DNA from: Chiloscyllium plagiosum
Lineage: Eukaryota
Assembly (NCBI RefSeq): GCF_004010195.1
Contig: NW_025213842.1
Coordinates: forward strand, 2,446 to 36,411
Length of the DNA: 33,966 nt
Reading direction: 5' to 3'
Both the position numbers and the translations under genes were made by a program. This document shows, one piece after another, positions 1 through 10,108 of this stretch (its first letter is position 1; the number at the start of each line of letters is the position of its first letter). The notes under the pieces are model-generated. The model ran no database searches and had not been told where the DNA came from. It saw nothing but the letters and a program-made list of their open reading frames with translations.

Positions 1-232
1 TCATCACTATTTCTACCTGTGTCACTCTGTCCTTTGTACCAATATGCACAATGACTTTTGGCTGCTTCCCCCCACCACCACCTACACCCCCACCCCCCAT
101 TCCCACCCCCGGTGAGAACGCTCTGCAGCCGCTCTGAGACATCCTGGACCCTGGGCATGTGGGAGGCTACACACCATTCCGGATTCCCATTTGCAGCCAC
201 AGAATCTCCTGTCTGTGCCCCTCACTATCGAG
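1..232 (-). mobile_element. CR1 LINE ORF1 fragment (SGNH/esterase-like domain), decayed
   Basis: Minus strand reads GTDRRFCGCKWESGMVC..RVQDVSERLQSVL..KQPKVIVHIGTKD, matching the CR1 ORF1 motif RVxDVSERLQ..VHIGTND, with frameshifts. Confidence 0.8.
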
Positions 233-599
233 TAAGATAATTACTTCTGTAGTTATTCTGCTTGCACAGCCTTCTGACAATGGGATTTCTTCCTGAAACA
301 GTTGAATTTGGCTGAATTGTTTTGCTTCAGGCAATGGGGAGATTCCATTGAATCCTCATCAGGAATCCTCCATTAGTGGGAAAGATGACTGGACTTTTTT
401 TTCACTCCCACACATTCCTGTGATGAGCGACAGGGAAACAGAAAGGGAGCAATAGAATGTTTCACCACAGATAGGCTACATTTTCCATCTGTAAGTTAAA
501 TCAGTAATGTTATCAGTCCCACACTGGACTCTGTGGGCTCTTCTTGAACATTGTCCAAACTATATGACTCCATCACATTCTCGACTCCAGGTCAGTGTG

Positions 600-761
600 T
601 TATTGCAGAATCAATTTATTAACAATAAATGGTCCAACTTGTTTTGAAGATGTGTTAATATGTGCTTGCATTATGTAAAAATGAGCGTTCCATGTCTTCA
701 CAATATCTGTGTTAAAATGAATATTCTTAAACATATACAGTAATTGCTGGAAAAGCTCAGC
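600..761 (-). CDS. Putative coding exon (possibly terminal) of an unidentified minus-strand gene: AELFQQLLYMFKNIHFNTDIVKTWNAHFYIMQAHINTSSKQVGPFIVNKLILQ*
   Basis: Acceptor tttttttcctacatgctgacaaacag|GCT at 762/761. 53 open codons in phase 0, the phase required by the upstream exon, ending in TAA at 602-600. Non-repetitive sequence. Confidence 0.55.
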   Translation of the reverse strand, partial: AELFQQLLYMFKNIHFNTDIVKTWNAHFYIMQAHINTSSKQVGPFIVNKLILQ

Positions 762-944
762 CTGTTTGTCAGCATGTAGGAAAAAAATTCACATTTCAAT
801 TTTTCAGTTCAATGACCTTTCCTTTGAACCTGTCTTATTCTTAAAGTATTTCCCCAGTTTTATTCTCCCACACAAGAAGAAATATCCATCCGATATTCGC
901 CAACTACACGCTTCTCAAGATCTTATATGGTCAATAAAACATAC

Positions 945-1049
945 CTCATTCTCAGGCCGAACTGTTAATTCTTCATAACGTAATGCCTTCATCCCAAGAT
1001 TGAGTAAAGAGAAACATCTTTGAAACGTTTCGAAGGCAATTTTTTTTCT
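945..1049 (-). CDS. Putative internal coding exon (105 nt, phase 0-0): RKKIAFETFQRCFSLLNLGMKALRYEELTVRPENE
   Basis: Acceptor cctaaacttag|AGA and strong donor GAG|gtatgt. Exactly 35 open codons, phase-compatible with both neighbouring exons. Confidence 0.62.
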
Positions 1050-1179
1050 CTAAGTTTAGGCAATTATAAGTACACATAATACAACAGATGTAATCTCAGC
1101 AATGTCCTGCACAGATGCAGAAAACATCGCTAAGATCATACCCAACACCCCTTTGACGAAACAGAATCACTACATTTAC

Positions 1180-1229
1180 CTTCCAAATCAGTTGCAACTT
1201 CTTCAGATTAATTTGATGTGATTCATGTA
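1180..1229 (-). CDS. Putative internal coding exon (50 nt, phase 1-0): (V)HESHQINLKKLQLIWK
   Basis: Acceptor tgtgtctcttag|TA and strong donor AAG|gtaaat. Open frame ends in phase 0; 130-nt intron to the next exon. The 5' boundary could lie further upstream because the frame stays open. Confidence 0.55.
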
Positions 1230-1379
1230 CTAAGAGACACAAATCCCTCTGTAACACTGAGTTCTGCATTCTTCTTGCATTTAAATAAATCTCTGCTGTT
1301 TTGTCTTTTCCCCAAAACAGAAAATTTCCATCACATATATATTGTACTGCTTTTTTTTCTGTGAAGCTTTGCTCACAGC

Positions 1380-2773
1380 CATCCTCTGTCTGTATGCCAT
1401 TCCTTGTTGCTGTGTCCTCCCCCAGTGTGTGTCCCATTGCAGACGTTCTGCTCTCCCACTGTCTGTATCCCATTGCACACACTATGCCCTCCCCGTCTCT
1501 ATCCCATTGCAGACGCTCTGCCTTCCTCCGTCTCTGTTCTATTGCAGGAGCTCTGCCCTCCCCCAGTCTGTAACCCATTGCAGACATTATGCCCTCCCCC
1601 GTCTGTATCTCATTGCAGACGCTCTGCCTTCCCCCTGTCTGTATCTCATTGCAGACGCTCTGCCTTCCCCCGTCTGTATCCCATTGCAGACGCTCTGCCT
1701 TCTCCCGTCTGTATCTCATTGCAGACATTCTGCTCTCCCCCGTGTGTATCCCATTGCAGACGCTCTGCCTTCCCCTGTCTGTATCTCGTTGCAGACGCAC
1801 TGCCCTCCCCCGTCTGTATCCCATTGCAGACGCTCTGCCTTTCCCTGTCTGTATCTCATTGCAGACGCACTGTCCTCCCCCATCTGTATCCCATTGCAGA
1901 CGCTCTGCCTTCCCCTGTCTGTATCTCATTGCAGATGCACTGCCCTCCCCGGTCTGTATCCCATTGCAGACGCTCTGCCTTCCCCTGTCTGTATATCATT
2001 GCAGACGCACTGTCCTCAGTTGTCTGTATCCCATTACCGACGCTCTGCAGACACTATTCCCTCCCCTATCTGTATCCCACTGTAGACAGTCTTCTCTCCA
2101 CTGTTTGTATCCCATTGCAGATGCTCTGCCTCCCCGTCTGTATCCCATTGCAGACGCTCTGCACTCCCTTTATTTGTATCCCATTGCAGACGCTCTGCCC
2201 TCCCCCTGTCTGTATCCCATTTAAGACGCACTGCCCTCTTCCTGTCTGTATCACATTGTAGGTGCTATCCCCTCCCCGTCTGTATCCCATTGCAGACGCT
2301 CTGCCCTCACCCATCAGTATCCCATTGCAGACACTATTCCCTCCCCTATCTGTATCCCACTGTAGACAGTCTTCTCTCCACTGTTTGTATCCCATTGCAG
2401 ATGCTCTGCCTCCCCGTCTGTATCCCATTGCAGACGCTCTGCACTCCCTCTGTCTGTATCCCATTGCAGCCGTTCTGCTCTCCCACTGTCTGTATCCCAT
2501 TGCAGACACTATGCCCTCCCCGTCTGTATCCCATTGCAGATGCTCTGACCTCCCCTGTCTGTATGCCATTGCAGACGCTTTGTCCTCCTCCTGCCTGTAT
2601 TCCATTGCAGACGCACTGCCCTCCGCCTGTCTCTATCCCATTGCAGACGCCCTGCCATCCCCCTGTCTCTATCCCATTGCAGACGCACTGCCCTCCTCCT
2701 GTCTCTATCCCATTGCAGACGCTCTGCCCTCCCCCTTCCGTTTTCCCTTGGAGAAGCTCTGCCCTCCACCGTC
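1380..2773. repeat. Minisatellite, ~35-36 bp unit (TCTGTATCCCATTGCAGACGCTCTGCCCTCCCCTG-like), about 39 copies, running into a gap
   Basis: Tandem units directly visible; they give repetitive ORFs (LYPIADALPSP / VCIPLQTLC) in several frames on both strands. Confidence 0.97.
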
Positions 2774-2839
2774 NNNNNNNNNNNNNNNNNNNNNNNNNNN
2801 NNNNNNNNNNNNNNNNNNNNNNNNNNNNNNNNNNNNNNN

Positions 2840-2950
2840 ATTTGTTGATGACCTCACACAGATCCCTGAAGAATTCCACTCGTTACAGCTTTCCAAACAC
2901 AAAATGAGTAATGATCTATACTCTGTATTTCCTGACAGCTACCCAGGGCG
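2840..2950 (-). mobile_element. Small CR1 RT fragment
   Basis: Minus strand reads VTSGILQGSV, matching the RT motif VTSGVPQGSVLGP. Confidence 0.55.
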
Positions 2951-3026
2951 CCCCTGCTTCTGCATAACAGCCTGGGATGGTTATATGGCGTCCCCCCGTG
3001 CTGTGTAATTTACTGAGTACTTCATT

Positions 3027-3716
3027 CTGTTTGGCGCGGCCTGTTTGGTGCAGCCCATTTTGTCGCAGACACATTTAGGCGCAGAACTATTTCAGCGCAG
3101 CTCATATTTATTCCTTTTCAGGCTTCGATAAAAGCATTAATCAAAGCAATAAAAATAAAAATGATGTTTATTCTCTTTAGGAAAAATGTTAAAAAGACAC
3201 TTGAGTAAGTATAACATTGACTCAGAGTTTTCTTTCAGAGCTAAAATGATAATTGGCCTTGCGTTTATTCCGATTGCAAACATTCATGAAGCTATTGAAC
3301 ATCTGACTGATGCGCTTCCAGATGAACTCTAACCGCTGCTGGACTAGTTCGAGGATAACTATGGAGGTAGAAGATTACACAGAGGAAATGGTCGGCGTTC
3401 ACCGCTTTTTCCAGTTGGAATGTGGAATTTACATGAAAGAACTTTAAACAATGAGGACAAAATAAACAAAAATGCAGAAGCTGCCCACAGGAGCTGACAA
3501 TGCGAACTTGATGTGGAACATACAGTTATTTGGAAATATATTGACAGTTTACGAAAAGTTCAGAGAGGAAGAGACATTTACTATGAGCATCAGATGGCAG
3601 GCACGATATTCCGTTGAAATTAAAGAAGCAGATGCTTGAATACAAACACTCGTAAATAGATTTAGTGAGAGAAATGATGTCGAGTATTTACGACGATTGC
3701 CCATAATTTTGAATGA
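3027..3716 (+). mobile_element. MULE (Mutator-like, Phantom-type) DNA transposon relic: subterminal tandem repeats plus pseudogenised C-terminal half of the transposase
   Basis: From 3201: LSKYNIDSEFSFRAKMIIGLAFIPIANIHEAIEHLTDALPDEL*PLLD*FEDNYGGRRLHRGNGRRSPLFPVGMWNLHERTLNNEDKINKNAEAAHRS*QCELDVEHTVIWKYIDSLRKVQ, ending EYLR.IAHNFE* at 3716. Matches MULE motifs LAFxP, FExNY, PLFP..WN, (RTNN)xxExxH, HxxxWK. Five 14-16 bp subrepeats at 3027-3102. Confidence 0.85.
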
Positions 3717-4299
3717 ACGTCATGTTTTAGATTTTTCGTAATGCACTTATATCTTTTTTTTCTTTTAACATTTTTACTGAAGAGAATAAACATTATTTTT
3801 ATTTTTAGTCTTTCATTAATGCTTTTAACTAAGCCTGAAAAGTGAGAGAGATGAGATTGGAAATGCCAGCGAGTTTAAATTGAGGATTGCTCTTTACTGA
3901 TCATTGCTGCTTACTTGATTGGTGGGATGTCAATGTTTCAGAATCTCCACACAAGGTGCCCTGGCCCTCTCTGGTTACTTCCAGGATCCTGCCCACATGT
4001 CGAGGTAAAGGGTGAGGGAACGGATATCGGGCACTCTAACACTCGGCTTGGCACTTTCTGTCCTATTCCAGGCTGTTTCTCCTGGAATGGGAAAAGAGGA
4101 GGGACGGAGTGAGGGTGGGAATGGGTGTCCCTGCTGTTAATGCTGGTATAGGGGAAGGGGGAAGGGTGAGGTGTCCGGAGGGAGTCTGACCACAGTGTTG
4201 TACCCATGCAGTGGTATTAATGTGCGGGGCTATTGCGTCAGTGACAGATAAAGTGGGGGAGGGAAGGTGCTGAATTCAACAGTGAGTGTGGTCCACTTT

Positions 4300-4480
4300 G
4301 AACCTTATTTGGAGGTAGAGTGTGAGCCTTGTTCGGGGGTAGGTGATATAACAGATATAGAGTGAGTGTGAGGGAGGAGAGAGAATATGGTGACACTTAT
4401 CCTGGCAAAGTGGGGGTGAAGAATATTGATGCTTGTCCTGTAGTGCTGACCAATTCTTCAGATCATCTCAGCGTTGAGGT
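4300..4480 (-). mobile_element. PIF/Harbinger-type relic (end of Myb/SANT-like ORF and flank); may extend left toward ~3850
   Basis: Clearly homologous to 25655-25800 (gagccttgttcgggg..acagatat.gagtgagtgtgagggag..attgatgcttgtcctgta). Minus strand reads HYRTSINIL. Confidence 0.6.
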
Positions 4481-4689
4481 GAGTTCTCCTGGACGTCTTG
4501 TCCAAGTCTATCGCTAATAACGCCACAGACCCTTTCGCTCACTTCCCACAGAATCAGTTTAGGTGGATCTTACAAATAGCAAGGTGAAACAAACATTCGT
4601 GTGTTATATATCAAAACCAAATCTGTCACATAAATACTTTACAATATATGCTATGGAAATTAGGTATGCAAGTATATGCAAGTGAAACC

Positions 4690-5030
4690 ATGACATAGTG
4701 ATATTATCGCTGGGCTCTTAACCCAGAGACGCAGGTAATATTCTGGGGACATGAATTCAAATCCTGCCATGGCAGATGGTGGAATTTGAATTCAATATGT
4801 ATCTCGAATCAAGGGTTTATGATGACCAGGAATCCATTGTGAATTGTTGGAAAAACTCATTTGCTTCACTGATGTCCTTGAGGGAAGGATACTGCTGTCC
4901 TTACCTGGTGTGGCCTGCATGTGACTCCAGACTCAAGACAACGCTGCTGACTTTTAACTGCCCTCTGGCAAAGAGAATAAATGCTAGTTATCCAGCGACG
5001 CCCTCATCCTGTGAATGAGTAACAAATAAT
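4690..5030 (+). mobile_element. tRNA-derived shark SINE with LINE-derived 3' tail (resembles the SacSINE1-like family)
   Basis: Decayed B-box (gaattcaaatcc), body ggcagatggtggaatttgaattc..tgtgactccagac, tail ccagcgacgccctcatcctgtgaatga followed by an A-rich end. Confidence 0.7.
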
Positions 5031-8000
5031 CGTGGGTGCTGCAGTAATAATGGATGGTCTCAAGTTGCACCGAAACTGCATTAACTAAGTGATTACTAAT
5101 GCTGTGAAGGATAACTTCCGTCAGTCTGTATTATGTAGGTTGAACACTATGTTGTGAACCAAACTAGAGAGCAGGTTATTTCAGATTTGGTGTTGTGTGG
5201 TCAGGAGGACTAATTAATAACCTTGCTCTGAAGCAGCTTTGGAGGAATAGTGAAATCAATATGTTGCATTTTTACATGGCGTCTGAATACAATATCGAAT
5301 GTTTGAACATTCTGGTCAAACATCATGGAAGCCCGGAGGCTAGAGGGTCAAGTACGCTCCATTGAATTGGGGAAGTATAATATAACATTCAATGGGAGAA
5401 GCAATGATTGTGAGAGTCATAGAGTCCGACAGCACGGAGAAAGGGCCTTCTGCCCAAACTGGTCCATTCCAAACAAAATGTCCATTCACATTAACCCCAT
5501 TTCCCTGCCCTTGCCCCATATCCTTCTTATTCTTTCCTATCCATGTATTTGTCCAAATGCATTTTAAATTTTGTGAATGTACCCGCCTCAAGCACTTCTG
5601 CTGGCAGATCATTCCATGTGCATACCACTCTGTGTGCAAAAGAAATTGCTCCTCAGGTTCCCTTTTACTCTTTCCCCTCGGATCTTAAATTGATACGCGC
5701 TAGTCCGTGGGTTGCTCAATCATGTGGAAAAAAAGACTGAGTGCATTCACTCTATCCATGCTTTCCATGATCTTATACACTTCTATCAGATCCCCGTCAG
5801 TCTCATACACTCTAAAGTAAAAACTCCTAGCTTGCCCAACCTCTCACTATATCTCAGACCATTGAGTTTCGGCAACATCCTTGTAATTTTCTTCTGCACT
5901 ATTTCCAGTTTAATAACATCCTTCCTATAGCAATGTGAACAACACTGAACATAACACTACCAGTATGGCCTCACCAGCATCCTGTATAACTGCAACATAA
6001 CTCCCAAATTTCGATACTCATTACTCTGACTGATGAAGGCCAGTGTGCCGATTGCCTTTTTCACTGCCCTATCTACCTGTGACCCCACATTCAGGGAAAC
6101 TTGAACCTGAATTCCAAGGTCCCTTTGTCTTAATACACTCCTTAAGACCCCGCCATTCATCATGAATCTCCTACCTTGATTTGCTTTTCTAAAATGCAAG
6201 AACTGACATTTATATGTATTAAACTCCATTTGCCATTCTCGGCCCACTTGCTCACCTGATCAAGCCACTGCTGTAATTTCTGAAATTTCTGATAATCTTC
6301 CTCACTGTCCATGATACCGCTTATTTTAGTGTCACCTTGAAACTTATAATTCATGTCTGTACATTCTCAGCTAAATCATAGGTGTGTGTAATATGTAAAT
6401 ATATATACAATATTCATGCATAAAACAAACAGTACTAGTCCCAGAACCGACGCCTGAGGTATTCCACTCATCACAGGCCTCCAGTCCGACAAGCATGCTT
6501 CCACTATTACCCTATGTTTCTACAATCAAGCAAATTTTGGATCTGATTTGCCAGCTCCCCCTCAATTCCATATGATCTAAATTTCCAGAGCAGCCTACCA
6601 TGTGGAACCGTACTGAAGGCCATACTGAAATCCATATACACTACGTATACCACCATGCTCTTGTCAAAGTTACTCGTCATTTCACCAAAGGACTCAAAAA
6701 CAAATTTTTAAACCATAATCCCCCATGCACAAAGCCGTGCTGACTGCTCATAATCACACCCTGCCTTTTCAAATGCATGTATATCGTCTCTCTCAGAGTC
6801 TTTTCAAGAAACTTACCTACTAGAGATGACAGGTTTACTGGTCTATAGGTCCCAGGTTTTTCTTTGTAGCTCTTCTTGAATAAGGGCACAGCATTCGCTA
6901 CCCTCCAGTCCTCCGGGACCTCACCCGTTGGCTACTGATGATACAAAAGTACCAGCCAGGGCCCCCCCCTATCACTTCTCTGCCCTCCTGCAGTGTTCCT
7001 GAATATATCTGGTCAGGACCAGGAGATTTATAGAAATACTGCATAGTCGGAAAGATATGTCTACTTATTTCCGGTGAAAACACCAAAGAGTGAGTAAGTA
7101 ACTCAATGATGATTAGCATAACAAATTAAAGAAGATATTAATCACAGGAAGTGACTTCAGAAAAATTCCAGACATTGTGGAATCCTAAGAATTCTCAGAA
7201 AATTGCGATCCAGAAAAGGAGGGCCATGAAACTGATCAGGAAATCAAAAAGCGAACATGCATGCAAACAAACAGGAACACAAAGACTGCAAAAATCTATG
7301 ATCTATATTTCAAAAGAAAAAAAAACATAGTCTAACGTGGAAATTTGCAATCGGGAGAGACGAGTTTATAGTGGATAACAGGGAAATAGCAAAGCAAATG
7401 ACCAGTTACTTTACATCTGTCTTAATGGAGTAAGATCCGGAAAATCACCCAGAAATACGAAGTAATTGTATAGGACCTGTGGAAGTAAAGACATAAAGTC
7501 AATTCATATCAGTAACAAGGCAATATTGAACATGCAGCTGGATTAAGCATTGCTAAGCTTGACAAACCAGATGTACTTCGTACCAAAATCTTCAGAAATA
7601 AATCACAAATAAAAGTATTGATTGCATTGTCGATGACTGCGTTCTATTTTCCTGTACATTCCAAAGAGTCTGGAAGCTGGTGTAGATAGATGCACATCAG
7701 TAAACGTGATCCAAGCACTATAGGTGAATGGTAGGGATCCAAGCATCTACAAAGAGAAGAAGAGATAGTGTGGAGAACCGCTGACAAATTAGCATGACAT
7801 TTGTCAGGAAACTGTTGGAATATATTATCTAGGATGTGATATTCGATGTTTACACATTAACCAGCAAACTTTGATAGACTCAGTGTGCATTTCTGAAAGG
7901 GAAATCATACTTGACAAACTTTGGAATTGTTTGAAGTTGATTCTTACAGCATAGATAATGGGGATCAAGTAGAATTGGCATATTTTAGATTATCAGAAGG

Positions 8001-8450
8001 CTTTGTGTAAGACCTCACACAGTGAGTTCGAAAATGCAATGATGTGAAGGGTATTTGGAGGAATATATATAAGTGGAACCTAAAGTTTGGTTTGCCTTCC
8101 TTTAAGGGAGTCAGAATATAGATGTAAAGACATGTTGAAGCAGCTCACAGAGTATTGGCGAGACAGTACCTGGAGTATTGAGAACAGTTTTGGTGACCAA
8201 ATCTAAGAAAGAATATGCTGACCACGGAGTTAGTGTCATGGACATTATCCAGATAAATCCCTCAGATGGCGAGATTGCGTGATGATGAAACTCGGCCTAT
8301 GTTCTCAAGAGTTTCAACGAATCAGCGGTGGGTCACTGTGAACTTTATAAAACTCACAAAACATACCACAAGTAGGAAATTAACAGAAGATTTATCAGGC
8401 TGTCTAATCCGCATTCAAGACAAATAATGGCAGGATAAGGGACAAACCAT
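5030..8450 (+). mobile_element. Old, highly decayed CR1 ORF2 split by a nested minus-strand CR1 (pieces ~5030-5410 and ~7040-8450)
   Basis: Endonuclease C-terminal motif TREQVISDLVLC near 5160; RT remnants KGKSYLTN and YLDYQKA near 7900-8000; YLEY*EQFW near 8170. Confidence 0.7.
5413..7035 (-). mobile_element. CR1 (HER1-like) LINE, 3' ~1.6 kb of ORF2 plus tail
   Basis: ORF-track peptides KPGTYRPVNLSSLVGK, SQHGFV, WQMEFNTYKC, QRDLGIQV, LYRMLVRP; 3' UTR with SINE-shared tail near 5420-5460. Confidence 0.93.
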
Positions 8451-8519
8451 TTAAGACTACAATAAAGAGGAAATTCTGCGCGTGGAGGGGACTGACTAAC
8501 ACAGGAGCAAGCAGGACAA

Positions 8520-9294
8520 AAGAAATAAAGAACAAAGAATACAAGCATGGACTACTTTCGAAACGGTGAGAAAATTTATAAAGCCAAAGTACAGAGGGAT
8601 CTGGGAGTGCTAGTTGAGGATTCTCTAAAGGTAAACATGCAGTTTGAGTCCGTGATTAAGAAAGCGAATGCAATGTTGTCAATTATCTCAAGAGGGTTGG
8701 AATATAAAAGCACCGTTGTACTACTGAGACTTTATAGAACTCTGGTTAGGCCCCATTTGGAGTACTGTGTCCAGTTTTGGTCCCCAAACCTCAGGAAGGA
8801 CATACTGGCACTGGAGCGTGTCCAGCGGAGATTCACACGGATGATCCCTGGAATGGTAGATCTAACGTATGAGGAACGGCTGAGGATCCTGGGATTGTAT
8901 TCATTGGAGTTTAGAAGATTAAGGGGAGATCTCATAGAAACTGACAAGATAATATATGCTTGGAGAGGGTGGACGCTAGGAAATTGTTTCTGTTAGGCGA
9001 GGAGACTAGGGCCCGTGGACACAGCCTTAGAATTAGAGGGGGTAAACTCAGAACAGAAATGCGGAGACATTTCTTCAGCCAGAGAGTGGTGGGCCTGTGG
9101 AATTCATTGCCACAGAGAGCAGTGGAGGCTGGGACGCTAAATGTCTTCAAGGCAGAAATTTATAAATTCTTGATGCCACAAGAAATTAAGTACGGGTAAG
9201 TGGAGTTGATATGCCCATCAGCCATGATTGAATGGTGGAGTAGACTCGATGGGCCGAATGGCCTTACTTCCGCTCCTATGTCTTATGGTCTTAT
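8520..9294 (+). mobile_element. Younger 5'-truncated CR1 LINE with an intact 3' tail, inserted in an older CR1
   Basis: VQRDLGVLVEDSLKV..LYRTLVRPHLEYCVQFWSP..LERVQRRFTRMIPGM..FFSQRVVGLWNSLP; tail tatgtcttatggtcttat; candidate TSD GGACAA at 8514-8519 and 9295-9300. Confidence 0.93.
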
Positions 9295-10017
9295 GGACAA
9301 GATTACAGAGAATCTCCAGAAAACCTACAAGTGTGTCAAGCGGAACAGAATAACCAGTGAACACGTAGGACTCATTAGTGACTCGCCAAGTTGCATCTAA
9401 ATCAACTTTAGTAGTAGGAGAAAGAGGGGAGTGGTAGAAGGCTGTTTGTGTGACTGGAGGCTAGTGTCCAATGCTGTACCACGGACATCAGTGCTGGGTC
9501 CCTTATTATTTGTGATTCGGAGGTGCTAGTGTTGGGCTGCGATGGACAAATCTAAAAATAGTATAACACCAGACCATAGTCTAACAGATTTATAAATTCT
9601 TGATGTCACAAGAAATTAAGTGCGGGTAAGTGGAGTTGATATGCCCATCAGCCATGATTGAATGGTGGAGTAGACTCGATGGGCCGAATGGCCTTACTTC
9701 CGCTCCTATGTCTTATGGTCTTATGGACAAGATTACAGAGAATCGCCAGAAAACCTACAAGTGTGTCAAGCGGAACAGAATAACCAGTGAACACGTAGGA
9801 CTCATTAGTGACTCGCCAAGTTGCATCTAAATCAACTTTAGTAGTAGGAGAAAGAGGGGAGTGGTAGAAGGCTGTTTGTGTGACTGGAGGCTAGTGTCCA
9901 ATGCTGTACCACGGACATCAGTGCTGGGTCCCTTATTATTTGTGATTCGGAGGTGCTAGTGTTGGGCTGCGATGGACAAATCTAAAAATAGCATAACACC
10001 AGACCATAGTCTAACAG
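9158..10017. repeat. 430-bp tandem duplication (9158-9587 / 9588-10017)
   Basis: Two copies with 4 substitutions seen by eye; near-identical ORFs at 9200 and 9630 in the track. Confidence 0.97.
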
Positions 10018-10108
10018 GTTTATTATTCGGCAGCACTAGCTTTCGAAACGCTGCTTCTTCATCAACGTGCACAACCACGTGATGTAACTGATGTTGAGAG
10101 ATTTTCAT
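9945..10108 (-). mobile_element. Short Penelope-like (PLE pLTR-derived) insertion with a degenerate hammerhead ribozyme core and a 14-bp TSD
   Basis: Flanked by CCTTATTATTTGTG at 9931-9944 and 10109-10122. Minus strand 10065-10036 reads TTGATGA-A-GAAGC-AGC-GTTTC-GAAA-GCTAG. Confidence 0.75.

Noticed and set aside
600..1049. Type I interferon or other helical cytokine identity for the candidate gene (IAFETFQRCFSLL and KTWNAHFYIM loosely resemble IFN helices)
   Set aside because: No signal peptide or CAWE-like motif is seen and the intron position does not fit the IFN exon layout as I recall it; the similarity is too weak to call.
1380..2773. CRISPR-like array of ~35-bp repeats
   Set aside because: Units are head-to-tail without unique spacers, there are no cas genes, and the context is vertebrate.
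1096..3008. Long 180-285 aa ORFs on both strands, some Cys/Pro-rich
   Set aside because: They are translations of the 35-bp minisatellite, open in many frames at once.
8547..9199. Clean RT-like ORFs as a host gene or active element
   Set aside because: They are a 5'-truncated, frameshifted CR1 ORF2 end.
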